A stretch of 63,710 nucleotides of DNA, filler included, from Pseudomonadota bacterium (GCA_043820105.1; 8 parts of 7 records of this genome joined end to end with filler, not necessarily neighbours in it); one strand, 5' to 3'. Counted from the whole stretch's first letter, positions 50,746 through 61,685 are shown. Translations and numbers: made by a program. Notes: generated by a model from the sequence alone, not told the origin.

Positions 50746-51655
50746 ATTAAAAACTAAGTTGATTTTGGGCCTTGTTGCTCTATTTTTATTTGCACACACT
50801 GTTTTCCTGGGAGACTTTTCCTATTGGGAAAGACAATCAAGTCTTGGAATAAGCAAAGAATCCATGTATCTTCCTAATAGTAAATTTTTAAAAGTTGCGT
50901 CTTTAGGTTTTAATAATGCTTTAGCTGATTTTTACTGGGTTAAGCTTCTCGTATATTTTGGAGAACACTTTGTTTATGATAATGTTTATACTTATAAAGA
51001 AGCATTGATTAACCTGGTTACAGATCTTGATCCACTTTTTTATTTTGCATATTATTGGGGGTCGAGTTCCTTTCTCTACCATGGAAACTGGGTAACTGAA
51101 GATGATAAGAAAAAGTCGATTAAAATTTTAGAAAAAGCTCACAAGAATATTAAGAACGATTGGCGTGTTCCATATTATCTTTCCTTTAATTATGCAATGG
51201 AACTTCGAGATTATAAAAAAGCAGCTGAAGTCGCTATGACAGCACTTGATATGCCTGATGTTCCACAAAGAGTTAAGAGGTGGGTATCATATCTTCAATA
51301 TAAAGCAGAAGACAGAGAAAAAACAAGTTATGTTACAACAAGGGCAATATTAGAAGAACACATGACCTATTTGGGTGATAATAATATTAAAGAAAATCTA
51401 AAAAAACGATTAAAAGAATTTGAAGAAGACGCGAGCATTGATGCAAGACTTGCTAAGATTGAGAAATTTGCTAAAGATTATAAAAAAGCAGAATTTTCCT
51501 TTTTACCAATTTCACAATATATAATGGTTACTGTTAATGATAAAGATTATGTTGTAGATAACTTTTTTAGTAATAATTTTAAGTCAATTAATGAAAAGTT
51601 AGAAATTAAAAATAAAAAAGACAACTTCTTTTCTGAAGTTGAAGCCTCCTTATAA
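50738..51655 (+). CDS. Membrane-anchored TPR-like protein of the type found in deltaproteobacterial pilin loci
   Basis: N-terminal TM, LADFYWV..YFG and TDLDPLFYFAY motifs. Confidence 0.55.
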   Translation: MFKLKTKLILGLVALFLFAHTVFLGDFSYWERQSSLGISKESMYLPNSKFLKVASLGFNNALADFYWVKLLVYFGEHFVYDNVYTYKEALINLVTDLDPLFYFAYYWGSSSFLYHGNWVTEDDKKKSIKILEKAHKNIKNDWRVPYYLSFNYAMELRDYKKAAEVAMTALDMPDVPQRVKRWVSYLQYKAEDREKTSYVTTRAILEEHMTYLGDNNIKENLKKRLKEFEEDASIDARLAKIEKFAKDYKKAEFSFLPISQYIMVTVNDKDYVVDNFFSNNFKSINEKLEIKNKKDNFFSEVEASL

Positions 51656-51660
51656 TTTTC

Positions 51661-53445
51661 ATGTCACTATTACAAATAAATAATATCTCGCTTTCCTTTG
51701 GTGCTGATCCAATATTACATAATATTTCATTTAATATTGAAAAGAATGAAAAAATTTGTCTTATTGGAAGAAATGGTGAAGGTAAGAGTTCTTTGTTAAA
51801 AATAATAGCTTCTCTAATTAATCAAGACACTGGAGATTTAATAAAAGATAGAAGTACCCAAATTTCTTATATGCCACAAGACATTCCACAAGATTTTACT
51901 GGTGATGTTGTAGATATTCTGCTTAATGAGCTTAATAAAAATAATAAAGAAATTGAACAATACAAAATTGATGCTTTGCTAACAAAGATGAACCTTTTAA
52001 ATTTGCCGAGTTTTGAAAACTTGTCAGGTGGTCTGAAAAGAAAGGTTTTGTTAGCTAAAGCTTTAATAACAGAGCCTGATATTTTACTGCTTGATGAACC
52101 TACTAATCACTTAGATGCAAATTCAATTGAATGGCTGGAAGAATTTTTAGGTAAATACAAAAAAACGCTTCTTTTTATTACACACGATCGTAAGCTAATT
52201 GATAAAATCGCCAATAGAATTCTTGAAATTGATAGAGGAAGAACTTTTGATTTTAGAGCTAAGTATCAAGACTTTTTAGAAAAGAAAGAAGAGTTTATTA
52301 CAACTCAAAAAAATGAATGGGAAAGATTTGATAAAAAACTAGCAAGTGAAGAAATATGGATAAGAAAGGGTATCAGGGCCAGAAGAACTAGAAATGAAGG
52401 CCGCGTGCGCTCCCTTGAAAAAATGCGTCTTGAAAGAAGTCAAAGAAAAAGCATAAAAGATAATATAAAGCTTGATGCTAATGAATTTGAAAGATCAGGA
52501 AAAGTTGTTTGCGAAGCCAAGAATATAAGTTTTTCATATGAAACAAAAACAATTTTTAAGAATTTCAGCATCAATATTATTCGTGGAGATAGAATTGGTA
52601 TAATTGGCGACATGGGTGTTGGGAAAACAACTTTGATAAATGTTCTTCTTGGAAAACTAGAAGCTAAAAATGGGGAAATAAAGCTTGGAACCAATTTAAG
52701 AATTGTATATTTTGATCAACTTCGAAAAAAACTTGATGAAACCAAAACTTTGCAAGAAAATGTTGGCCAAGGAGCTCAGTTTGTAGATATTAACGGTCGA
52801 TCAAGGCATATTATTTCATATTTACAAGATTTTTTGTTTACTCCAGACCAAGCTAAAGCACCTATATCAAAGCTATCAGGAGGAGAAAAAAACAGGCTAA
52901 TGCTAGCTAAGCTTTTCACAAAATCATTTAATCTTTTAGTAATGGATGAGCCAACTAATGATTTAGATATTGAAACACTGGAGCTGCTTGAAGAGATGCT
53001 CATAGATTATAGACATACTCTTCTTTTAGTAAGCCATGATAGAACATTTATTAATAATACAGTAACAAGTATTTTGGCTTTTGAAAAAGATGGACATGTT
53101 CAAGAATACATGGGTGGCTATGATGACTACTTAATTCAGAGGAAGATAGACAAAGAAGAAAAAGAGCAAAAGCCAAAGCTAAAAAAAGAAAAACCGAAAT
53201 CTCCTAGAGAGAGAAAACTGACATTTAAGGAAAAATTCGAATTAGATGAACTTCCTGAGAAAATATTGAAGTTAGAAGAAGAAAAAGATGATATTGAAAA
53301 GAAAATGGCTGACCCTGAGTTTTATAAGGGTGGATCAGAAGTCATAGCGGGTGCTAAAAAGCGTTTTGAAGAGTTGGAAGTGGAAATTGAAGAAGCCTAT
53401 GAAAGATGGGAGTTTTTAGAAGAACTTGCTAGTGGAGAAAAATGA
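51661..53445 (+). CDS. uup: ABC-F ATPase Uup
   Basis: Two ABC domains, WIRKGIRARRTRNEGRVR, KLTFKE, YERWEFLE. Confidence 0.93.
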   Translation: MSLLQINNISLSFGADPILHNISFNIEKNEKICLIGRNGEGKSSLLKIIASLINQDTGDLIKDRSTQISYMPQDIPQDFTGDVVDILLNELNKNNKEIEQYKIDALLTKMNLLNLPSFENLSGGLKRKVLLAKALITEPDILLLDEPTNHLDANSIEWLEEFLGKYKKTLLFITHDRKLIDKIANRILEIDRGRTFDFRAKYQDFLEKKEEFITTQKNEWERFDKKLASEEIWIRKGIRARRTRNEGRVRSLEKMRLERSQRKSIKDNIKLDANEFERSGKVVCEAKNISFSYETKTIFKNFSINIIRGDRIGIIGDMGVGKTTLINVLLGKLEAKNGEIKLGTNLRIVYFDQLRKKLDETKTLQENVGQGAQFVDINGRSRHIISYLQDFLFTPDQAKAPISKLSGGEKNRLMLAKLFTKSFNLLVMDEPTNDLDIETLELLEEMLIDYRHTLLLVSHDRTFINNTVTSILAFEKDGHVQEYMGGYDDYLIQRKIDKEEKEQKPKLKKEKPKSPRERKLTFKEKFELDELPEKILKLEEEKDDIEKKMADPEFYKGGSEVIAGAKKRFEELEVEIEEAYERWEFLEELASGEK

Positions 53446-53661
53446 AATATCTTCTAAGTATACTATAAGAATAGGCCACAAAATTTAAGAGAAATCTATT
53501 GACGAGTGGTGTCAAATGATGTATAGGCTTTATCTAATCATGATATGGGTTTTATCAACTTAAAAAATCAATAAAATAAATCAATTAGTTTTGTAACTAT
53601 TCCAGGTTTGGGTTAGCATATTTAAAAAAAAATAAATTAGGCTAAACTACTTAGAGGATAT

Positions 53662-56600
53662 GTGCCAATGGACAGTATCAAAATATTATTTTATACGTAT
53701 ATTTTAAATTTATTTATTATTTCAGGGTCTCTTTATTCATACAATTTTCAGACACCAACGGGTATTTATGGGCAAAGTGAAGAGTTTAAAGACCGAGGTG
53801 GTGGTCCTAATTACAGGGAAATTGAGATAAACTTGTTTTTAGGAAAGTCTCAAAAAAATTCTATTAATTTTTTAATTAAAAGGGATTTGAGAGAAGGTGC
53901 AGACAAAAAAATAACAAACATACAACAACTCGTACTTACACCAAAAAACTCAGAATATTTCACGGTTAGCGAAAAAAAGCTTATAAAAAATATAAGATTA
54001 CAAGAGTTTAATTCAAAATATCCTTATGTAGATGATACTAGATGGAAGTTTGAAGTAAGCTATACAGCAAATGAAAATGAGCAAAATACTCTATTTAGAG
54101 GATGCAAAATAGATTTTCTTTTAGGATTAAAAACTATAAAGGGTGCTCAACATATAGAAGTTATAGGGGTTTATATAAGTGGAGAACATCCAGAACTCAA
54201 CATTTCTTGGTTTGATCTGATTACTCTAAAAGAATTGCATATTTGGGAGATACAATGGCTTCGAGATGGTGTTTTTCAAGGGATTTTTTCAGGTCAAAAA
54301 TTTAGATTAAATACAAGAGGCCCTCAACCTGCAATTAGAAGTGAAAAATTAGGCAGCGATAATTTTAGGTTTTTTGATGATCCATTAAATAGGAATAACT
54401 TTATAATTATTGATATTCTTGGAAACACAAAATCAACAGATGATAGCTTGCTCTTTGGAGTAGATTTGGATTCACTATCAAAAGAAAATAAATATGCTAA
54501 AATCTATAAATTAAAAAGAGTTGAATATGAAAGTGATAATTCATCCAGTAAATATAAAGTAAAAACTGATAATAATAGAAAAATGGAAATATATAAAAAT
54601 AATGCTGGAATTGTGACAATAAATGAATTGGTTGAAGGCTCAAGAGGTACTTCTCATGAAGCGTGGACTGAAGGCTTTATTTTAAATATTCTAGGAAAAG
54701 AAGTAATCTTTATTTCTATAAATAAACATCAAGAAAATTATGCAATTATTGATTTGCAGAACGACAATAAATATTATTCACTCAGAATAAATCAAGAAAT
54801 TTATTCTCAGGCTTTTGAAGAGTATGTGATAAGTTATAGGGAAATAAATAAACAGGAAAGCAATGAATTTGATTTAACAGATGAAGAGCCAACCATTGAA
54901 GGTTCTCAAAATGAAGAATCAAGAGCAGAAGAACTAACTAATGAGGATGTAGATTCAAATGAACGACAAAGAACGATAAACCCTTCAGAAGATTCTGCTA
55001 TAAACGGGGAATCAGCAGGAGATTCACAATCCGGGGATTCTGCTTCTGAAGATGAAGCTACCCGAAAACCTTTGGAATATAGAATAGAAAGATTTGGTGA
55101 AAATCGACTTGTATTAAGTATTGTGGATCAAAATAAAAATTTGGATTTTGATTTAGCATTAGGCCTTGATAGTAATGATAACATAGTATGGATGGAATCA
55201 GAGGGTATTGCTAGAATTTGGCAAGATGGTTTTAGGCCCGAAGAAAATGATGTTTTTGTGGATCCTGGTAAAAATACTATCCTTGTTTATCAAGATCCTG
55301 ATGGTTATAGAATAAATTTGGGAGAAGTTCTTAGAAATGAAGACGGCTATATTATAGATGCAATCGTAGAGATAAAAAAAATTGAAATATCTGACGAAGT
55401 TGAAAAAGTGTATTTATTGCCTAGATTTCGTGAAGATATTCTTAGGACCTCCCTTGATACAATCAGTTTAAGAGAGGGTGTGGATTATTTTAAGTTTAAT
55501 GATACATTCTACGTTTTTGAGTTTAATATAGATTCTGTTAATAGATTTGGTATTAATTTAACGATTAAAATGGGTGAATTAAATGGAAATAATATTACTA
55601 TTTCTGGAAATATTTTTAAAAACGCCAATGGAGAGTATGTTATAGATAAGGTGTATTCATATCACGATAATAAAATGGTCTCCGGGGAGCAGGCTGATGC
55701 TGGAATTTCTCGAAATAGCGAATTGTATTGGGGTGAAGGGGATAATGAAATAATCTGGCGTAATTTAAAGATTAAATTAATTTTCAATGAAATGGGGACA
55801 TATAACTTTGACATGGGAGTTGAAAGTGTTACTTTTGTTGATGAAAATATATTGGCTCAATTAATTAAAATTCAGACTTCCAAATCTTTATATGAAGATT
55901 TAGAGGGAAAGATAACTTTTCCAGAGTCTAGTCAAATAAATAAAATTATTAATGCTTACAATTATCCAAAACCTGGGAAAAATTATAATTTGAGATTTCA
56001 AGGTGATTTATTCATTAATCATTATTCTAATCTATCTAACTCATTGAAAAATGAGTTGAGTCAGTCTGAGGGAGTTTACGCTTGGGAAATAACCTTTGAT
56101 CTTGTTTTAAATGAGGATGGATATCTGATCCCTAAGTCTGAAAAGATTAATGATCAAGATATATTAACCATAAGGAAATTAATTTTTAGGCGCGCAGTTC
56201 GAAATTCAGAGGGTATAGGCATAGATATTGAGCATTTAGTATTTGAAAATATTTGTGCAAAAGTTGTAAAAATAGGAGAGACCCAAATTGATTGGGAGAT
56301 TCAACTGCCAGGAGGTTTTGCAATACAGCCTATATTTAGAACCATAAACCGAGTTAAACATCCTGTTTTTGGTCTTGGGTTTTCAAAAGATATTCATACA
56401 ATTCAGAATACACATTTTGGAAATCTTCATAAATACTATAGCCCTGTTATATCAGGAAGCCAATACACACGTTTTAGACAATTGTTTGATAAATTTAAGG
56501 TTAGACAAAACTTGAAAGCCAAAAAAAGTGCCTCCAGAATGACGTTAAGAAGAAAAGACTTGCCAAGAACTGAATATCCTGAATGGCTGATAACTGGCGA

Positions 56601-58761
56601 AGAGTTTAAAAGAGCTCTTATTGCTTCAAAAATGACCGATAAAACAAAAGAAATTTTAATTAGCTCCATTGATTCATCGCCTCCAATAAAATTGAAGATT
56701 AAGTGGGATAATTCATCCAACAATCGGTATTCTGTTTCTAAGCGAGTTTATCTTGGTGATATGATTTTGGAGTTTATTTTAGGAAGAGTTGGTTACAGCT
56801 ATCCAGGTGTAAAATGTTTAGTGAATAGGGATCAAAATATTGAATATGAAATAAATATTGGTTTTAAAGGAATATCTATACAATTAGCAGAAAATAGAAA
56901 CTATGGCAAAGATGGAATTGAAATTTGGAGAATAAACAAAGGGATTTCTTATGATTCTTATGATGTGCAGGAAGTTTTAAGGCCATTTCAAGTTAATGTT
57001 CCAAGTAGTTTACGGGCATACCTAAATGATGTTGAATCTGAAATTGTTTTATCTTTCTGGTTTGATTGGTTAAATTGGGCTGTTAACAAAATACCTATTT
57101 CAGTTGAGGTAATTAATGTTTGGGCCCGGGCTCATGAAACTCATGGTGAAGTTTTTGTGAGATCATTAATGCAAGATTTGCCTAATACAGTTTTATTAAA
57201 TGAAGAATTTATGAAAAGCGTTATCCCTTTTCTTAGTAATAATCGATCTTTTATTAATAAAATGGAGAATGGACTTATTAGCAGATCCCTAAATATGGGA
57301 TCTATGGATTATTATCCCCAGCTTTATGAATTAAGCTCAATTAATGGTATTGGTGAACTTGAGCAAATAATGATAATTAGCTTTTTTGAAACTGTTAACT
57401 TTGCATCGGTCAATGAAAGAATTACTTATTGGAGAGATTTAATAAGTTTATTTAGAAACGCTGAACCTGGAAATTTAAGAATTTCTATTGAGTTAATTAG
57501 TAGATATAACTTCCTTGAACAACTTTCTGTTAATCAATTTTTAGAAATATTTCAAAGCTTAAGGCGCTTTATTGACGATGAGGGGGGGGCAGTTAATCTT
57601 TTTCCAGACATGAGGAAGAAAAGTGAAAGAATACATGAGGCAATGTTTAATAGCATAATAAAGGTATTGGAAGGTAAGGATATACAAGATATACGAACTG
57701 AAATTAGGATTGAATGTATATCTGATGTTACTTATGTAATTGACCCTATTTTAGAGGCAATTGAGGCTGATTTCGCATGTGGTAAGTTTGAACAACCATT
57801 TGATACTGAGTTTCCAAAAATTGAGGAACGAATTGAGCTTTTAAGAGACATGAAGTCACGAAAATTGAAAGCTAGCCATGAAACTTTGGGAAAAAGTATA
57901 GTAAGTGGTTTCAAGCTTAGCGCTGTTTTGATAATTCTTACTGAAGCATTAAGGGGAATGGATGTTTCAGAGGAAAGTATTGCTGAGTTCCATGCAATAC
58001 TGGGTGATGGTTTTATTCTATCTATGCTCGCTGCTAACCCTTCTTCAGTTTTTGGACTTCTCCCAGCCATTCCAGGCGGAATATTGGGTTATTTGGGTGG
58101 TGAGCAAGTATCAAAAATTTTAGGATTAAATAGAGAAACTAGTGCAAGGGTTGCGGAGTATTCAGCAATGGTCGCTGGAATCACAAGTTTTAGTGTGGGT
58201 GCTCATTATATAACAAAATCAGTGCTGGCACCTAGTCTGGGTGCATTGGCCGTTCCTGCGCTGATTCTTGCAAAAAGTGTGGGGATTAAGGACCCGGAAA
58301 AACAGATGGTTAAATATGTTAATCCAGAATTCGATCTTGAACTTTTAAGGCAAATTTATATTGAGAGATATGCAAATACTGAAATGCTTGACTTGCTTAA
58401 TAGCCTGGAAACAGGAATTTTTAATTATTTGCAAGTAAAAAAGAAATTTGTAAGAGAATATCCAGATGAGTTTAGATCGCTTTTGTCTGACATTAGTGAA
58501 GATACATTAGTTCCAGATATTTATGTTTTAAATAGAATGATTAATCAAAATAAATTTATTCCTGTTATTGAAGAAATGGGTATTTATCTAGTGGGAATAA
58601 TTGAAGTTTGGGAAGCAAATAAATTGGATGATTATTGTGATGCTATTGTGGATACTATACCAAGACCTGACAATAGTCAAAGAGAGCTGATAAGAAAGGT
58701 TTTTGGGAGTGAGCTAATAAAGATTAAAGAAAATTTGATAAATATGACAGTTACTGAATAG
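53662..58761 (+). CDS. Very large hypothetical protein (1699 aa), probably exported
   Basis: Uninterrupted ORF, hydrophobic N-terminus, acidic linker, Gly/Ala-rich hydrophobic helices near the C-terminus. Confidence 0.75.
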   Translation: MPMDSIKILFYTYILNLFIISGSLYSYNFQTPTGIYGQSEEFKDRGGGPNYREIEINLFLGKSQKNSINFLIKRDLREGADKKITNIQQLVLTPKNSEYFTVSEKKLIKNIRLQEFNSKYPYVDDTRWKFEVSYTANENEQNTLFRGCKIDFLLGLKTIKGAQHIEVIGVYISGEHPELNISWFDLITLKELHIWEIQWLRDGVFQGIFSGQKFRLNTRGPQPAIRSEKLGSDNFRFFDDPLNRNNFIIIDILGNTKSTDDSLLFGVDLDSLSKENKYAKIYKLKRVEYESDNSSSKYKVKTDNNRKMEIYKNNAGIVTINELVEGSRGTSHEAWTEGFILNILGKEVIFISINKHQENYAIIDLQNDNKYYSLRINQEIYSQAFEEYVISYREINKQESNEFDLTDEEPTIEGSQNEESRAEELTNEDVDSNERQRTINPSEDSAINGESAGDSQSGDSASEDEATRKPLEYRIERFGENRLVLSIVDQNKNLDFDLALGLDSNDNIVWMESEGIARIWQDGFRPEENDVFVDPGKNTILVYQDPDGYRINLGEVLRNEDGYIIDAIVEIKKIEISDEVEKVYLLPRFREDILRTSLDTISLREGVDYFKFNDTFYVFEFNIDSVNRFGINLTIKMGELNGNNITISGNIFKNANGEYVIDKVYSYHDNKMVSGEQADAGISRNSELYWGEGDNEIIWRNLKIKLIFNEMGTYNFDMGVESVTFVDENILAQLIKIQTSKSLYEDLEGKITFPESSQINKIINAYNYPKPGKNYNLRFQGDLFINHYSNLSNSLKNELSQSEGVYAWEITFDLVLNEDGYLIPKSEKINDQDILTIRKLIFRRAVRNSEGIGIDIEHLVFENICAKVVKIGETQIDWEIQLPGGFAIQPIFRTINRVKHPVFGLGFSKDIHTIQNTHFGNLHKYYSPVISGSQYTRFRQLFDKFKVRQNLKAKKSASRMTLRRKDLPRTEYPEWLITGEEFKRALIASKMTDKTKEILISSIDSSPPIKLKIKWDNSSNNRYSVSKRVYLGDMILEFILGRVGYSYPGVKCLVNRDQNIEYEINIGFKGISIQLAENRNYGKDGIEIWRINKGISYDSYDVQEVLRPFQVNVPSSLRAYLNDVESEIVLSFWFDWLNWAVNKIPISVEVINVWARAHETHGEVFVRSLMQDLPNTVLLNEEFMKSVIPFLSNNRSFINKMENGLISRSLNMGSMDYYPQLYELSSINGIGELEQIMIISFFETVNFASVNERITYWRDLISLFRNAEPGNLRISIELISRYNFLEQLSVNQFLEIFQSLRRFIDDEGGAVNLFPDMRKKSERIHEAMFNSIIKVLEGKDIQDIRTEIRIECISDVTYVIDPILEAIEADFACGKFEQPFDTEFPKIEERIELLRDMKSRKLKASHETLGKSIVSGFKLSAVLIILTEALRGMDVSEESIAEFHAILGDGFILSMLAANPSSVFGLLPAIPGGILGYLGGEQVSKILGLNRETSARVAEYSAMVAGITSFSVGAHYITKSVLAPSLGALAVPALILAKSVGIKDPEKQMVKYVNPEFDLELLRQIYIERYANTEMLDLLNSLETGIFNYLQVKKKFVREYPDEFRSLLSDISEDTLVPDIYVLNRMINQNKFIPVIEEMGIYLVGIIEVWEANKLDDYCDAIVDTIPRPDNSQRELIRKVFGSELIKIKENLINMTVTE

Positions 58762-59157
58762 AATAATTTGCAGTAATCATTGGAGGCTGTTGAGTAGTTC
58801 AAATGATTAAATAAATTGTCTGACGAGACTGTCTACCAACAAGAACCCTTTTTTTGTTGGGAATATTTGATCCCAAAATTGGTCCTAAGCAAAAGCATTA
58901 GTTTTTCATTTCTAAGGTCATGGGTGCTTAATTGTTCTTTTGCCTTAACTGGGAATTTGTTTGTCTCAAGTTATGATATATATTTTGTTAAAGAAGTAAT
59001 ATTTGACCATCTTTCATTATCTAAAAAAGAATGTGAAGCGCATGAAAGCCCAAATTCACAAGACCTGGTCTCTGGGACATTATTATGATACCAATTCGAA
59101 AATTAGCTTAAGATTTGTGCCTGGAAATCAATATATTTAAATAAACCCTATCAAAGA

Positions 59158-59242
59158 GTCCTATGGATATATGGATAACTGGCGGCGTAGCTTATGGACA
59201 AGCTACGCCCTAAATAGCCAGTTACCCACATATCCACAGGAC
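59158..59242. repeat. Nested palindrome with DnaA-box-like 9-mers (IS-end-type hairpin)
   Basis: Outer gtcctatggatatatggataactggc / gccagttacccacatatccacaggac; inner ggcgtagctt / aagctacgcc. Confidence 0.8.
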
Positions 59243-59453
59243 CTACTGCTATTTTTATTAAATATTATTTTTAAAAAAGATTATGCATATGGTTTTTAAA
59301 GCAAATTAAAATGCTTTTTTCTTCTCTTAATAAAAAATATTTTAGTAGCAGGTNNNNNNNNNNNNNNNNNNNNNNNNNNNNNNNNNNNNNNNNNNNNTTA
59401 ATTAATTAANNNNNNNNNNNNNNNNNNNNNNNNNNNNNNNNNNNNNNNNNNNN

Positions 59454-59661
59454 ATAAAAAACATTACAAAACCTCTTTTTCAAAAAGCATAAAAATGCTC
59501 AGAACACGACTGCATGAAAGTAATAAAAATATATTTATTATAAAGGTTTATTGCATGACAGTGGGAATACAATAAGCCTTTAATAATAAAATATTTTTAT
59601 TGCTTGAATAAGGAGTGTGGGTATTAGCTTTTTGAAAAAGAGGTTTTGTAATGTTTTTTAT
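59454..59661. mobile_element. MITE-like element with 35-bp perfect terminal inverted repeats
   Basis: ataaaaaacattacaaaacctctttttcaaaaagc (59454-59488) is the reverse complement of 59627-59661; related copy at 16850-16950. Confidence 0.65.
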
Positions 59662-59847
59662 AGGCCCGGTTTATTGTTTAGGTATTCAAATAAAAGTCAA
59701 AAAGTAACATCTCACTTGCGGTAATCCTTTTTACTTTAGAATATGACTTGCTTTTGAAGTATACCCTATATTATCTCATTAATTTATTTGACTTTTTATC
59801 ATAAGCGGGTTATAATAATTTATTGTTTAGAAACAGGTCTAATAATA

Positions 59848-60114
59848 ATGAAAAAATCAGTTAAAGAATATTTATCCCAAATTGGGCAAAAAGGAGGGAA
59901 AAAAAGCAAACGTAAATTATCAAGAATGGATGCAATAAACATGACACGTATTCGGGAAGCTAAGCGTGCTTATAAAAAATATTATAGCCAGTGTTTTTGG
60001 TCATATGACCCTAAACTTAAAATTACATTAAAAGATGTAAAATGGGTAGGAGAACAACTACTGAAAAATGGTGGAATAAAAGTCTGGGAAATAGGAAATA
60101 AATTATGCCAGTAA
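59848..60114 (+). CDS. Small basic protein, putative antitoxin partner of the AbiEii-like gene
   Basis: MKKSVKEYLSQIGQKGG..CFWSYD; overlaps the downstream start; ATG 59848 preferred over ORF track 59788. Confidence 0.7.
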   Translation: MKKSVKEYLSQIGQKGGKKSKRKLSRMDAINMTRIREAKRAYKKYYSQCFWSYDPKLKITLKDVKWVGEQLLKNGGIKVWEIGNKLCQ

Positions 60115-60893
60115 CTAAATTTCAAGCAAAAATTGCAAAACTATTATCTGTAAATCGTTCCCCTGACAGTCATTTAGCAGGAGGGGCTGCAATGCATTTT
60201 GAACCTCAAACCTTAAGATACAGCAATGACTTAGATTACTTTCATGACTCTGAACAACGTGTAGCGACAGCATTTAATGATGATCAGGCATTACTTCTAA
60301 AAAATAAATATTCAATGCAAATCGAAATGAATCAGCCTGGCTTTATTAGAGCCATTGTTAGTCAAAATACAAATAGTACAAAAGTTGAGTGGTCTTATGA
60401 TTCTGCATGGCGTTTTATGCCAACAGTCTTTTCTGAGGATAGAGGATATCATCTTCATCCCGTTGATTTAGCAACTAATAAGGTACTAACTCTAGCCGGT
60501 AGAGATGAAGCTCGTGATTATCTTGATGTACATGAAGCTAATAATAAAATACTAGCACTTGGGACCTTAATTTGGGCAGCTTGCGGCAAGGATCCTGGGT
60601 TTACGCCTCACTCATTATACAGCTTACTGCAAAGAAAAGGTAAATATCATGAAGAAGATTTTTCAAGACTTCATCTAAATATTCCTATTAATCTTTTAGA
60701 TCTGAAAACAAAATGGTTAGAAATGCTTAAAGAAGCTGAAGATTTTATCAATCAAAGACCTGCTGATGAAGTGGGGTGTTTATATTATTCTTGTTCTCAA
60801 AAACAATTTGTTATTCCATCTTTAAAAAATATTACAAATGATATTAAATTGCATTATGCTTCTTTAGGTGGAATCTTACCTAAAGTAGGCTAA
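60105..60893 (+). CDS. AbiEii/AbiGii-like nucleotidyltransferase toxin
   Basis: LAGGAA..RYSNDLDYF, DLATNK..GRDEARDYLD. Confidence 0.82.
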   Translation: MPVTKFQAKIAKLLSVNRSPDSHLAGGAAMHFEPQTLRYSNDLDYFHDSEQRVATAFNDDQALLLKNKYSMQIEMNQPGFIRAIVSQNTNSTKVEWSYDSAWRFMPTVFSEDRGYHLHPVDLATNKVLTLAGRDEARDYLDVHEANNKILALGTLIWAACGKDPGFTPHSLYSLLQRKGKYHEEDFSRLHLNIPINLLDLKTKWLEMLKEAEDFINQRPADEVGCLYYSCSQKQFVIPSLKNITNDIKLHYASLGGILPKVG

Positions 60894-61685
60894 AAAAGAC
60901 AAAATGCCAGGTCACTTCTGGAAAAAAGAAACACCCTTTTTTCAAAATCTAGAATATTACATCTAAAATCAAGAATTACATCAATTATCGATGTGCTATG
61001 TCTATGAAAAGCAAAGTCAACAAATAATAGTATACAACTAGGCAGAATAAAGTTTTTTTACTTTGCCTCGAGCGATCAATCATAATTGGATCCATGTACA
61101 CATAATAATTATTTTCTCTTTTCTAAATTATATAACAGTTCATCTAAAACAATATAAGCTTTAAGCTTCATCTGTCTATCTGAAACATAGCTTTTAAATG
61201 GGTCTTATTTTAATATTTTTTAGCCATTTAAAAATCAGCTTGTTTAAATTATTATTTGGATAATTGCTTTCCAATGTGTATAAATGGCACCAGATTATCA
61301 CAATCTATAATACAGAGCGGATGGATACATCATTGGAAAATCCAGCAGAACTTATAATTTTAAAAGATTCTAATAAAAATTTATGCCTACTGGGTTATAT
61401 CTTTCTGTCTAGTTAAGAAATCTATCTGCTCCCAATAAAGATTAGCACTATTAAATGTGGCGTTATGTTCAACTAGCTTGCTTGCCCAATCCTTTCTTGC
61501 TTCAGGATTATAAACTTTACTGCCTCCACATAAAATCCCTTTCATTCTAAACAAAGACNNNNNNNNNNNNNNNNNNNNNNNNNNNNNNNNNNNNNNNNNN
61601 NNTTAATTAATTAANNNNNNNNNNNNNNNNNNNNNNNNNNNNNNNNNNNNNNNNNNNNTGAGAAAAGCCTGCAAAACGCAAAAAG

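Noticed and set aside
58816-59088. 90-aa ORF after the large hypothetical gene
   Set aside because: No RBS or recognisable motif; the region looks like decayed sequence.
60900-61558. Possible gene downstream of the AbiEii-like toxin
   Set aside because: No ORF of 60 aa or more in the track; the frame I tried stopped early and nothing was recognisable.
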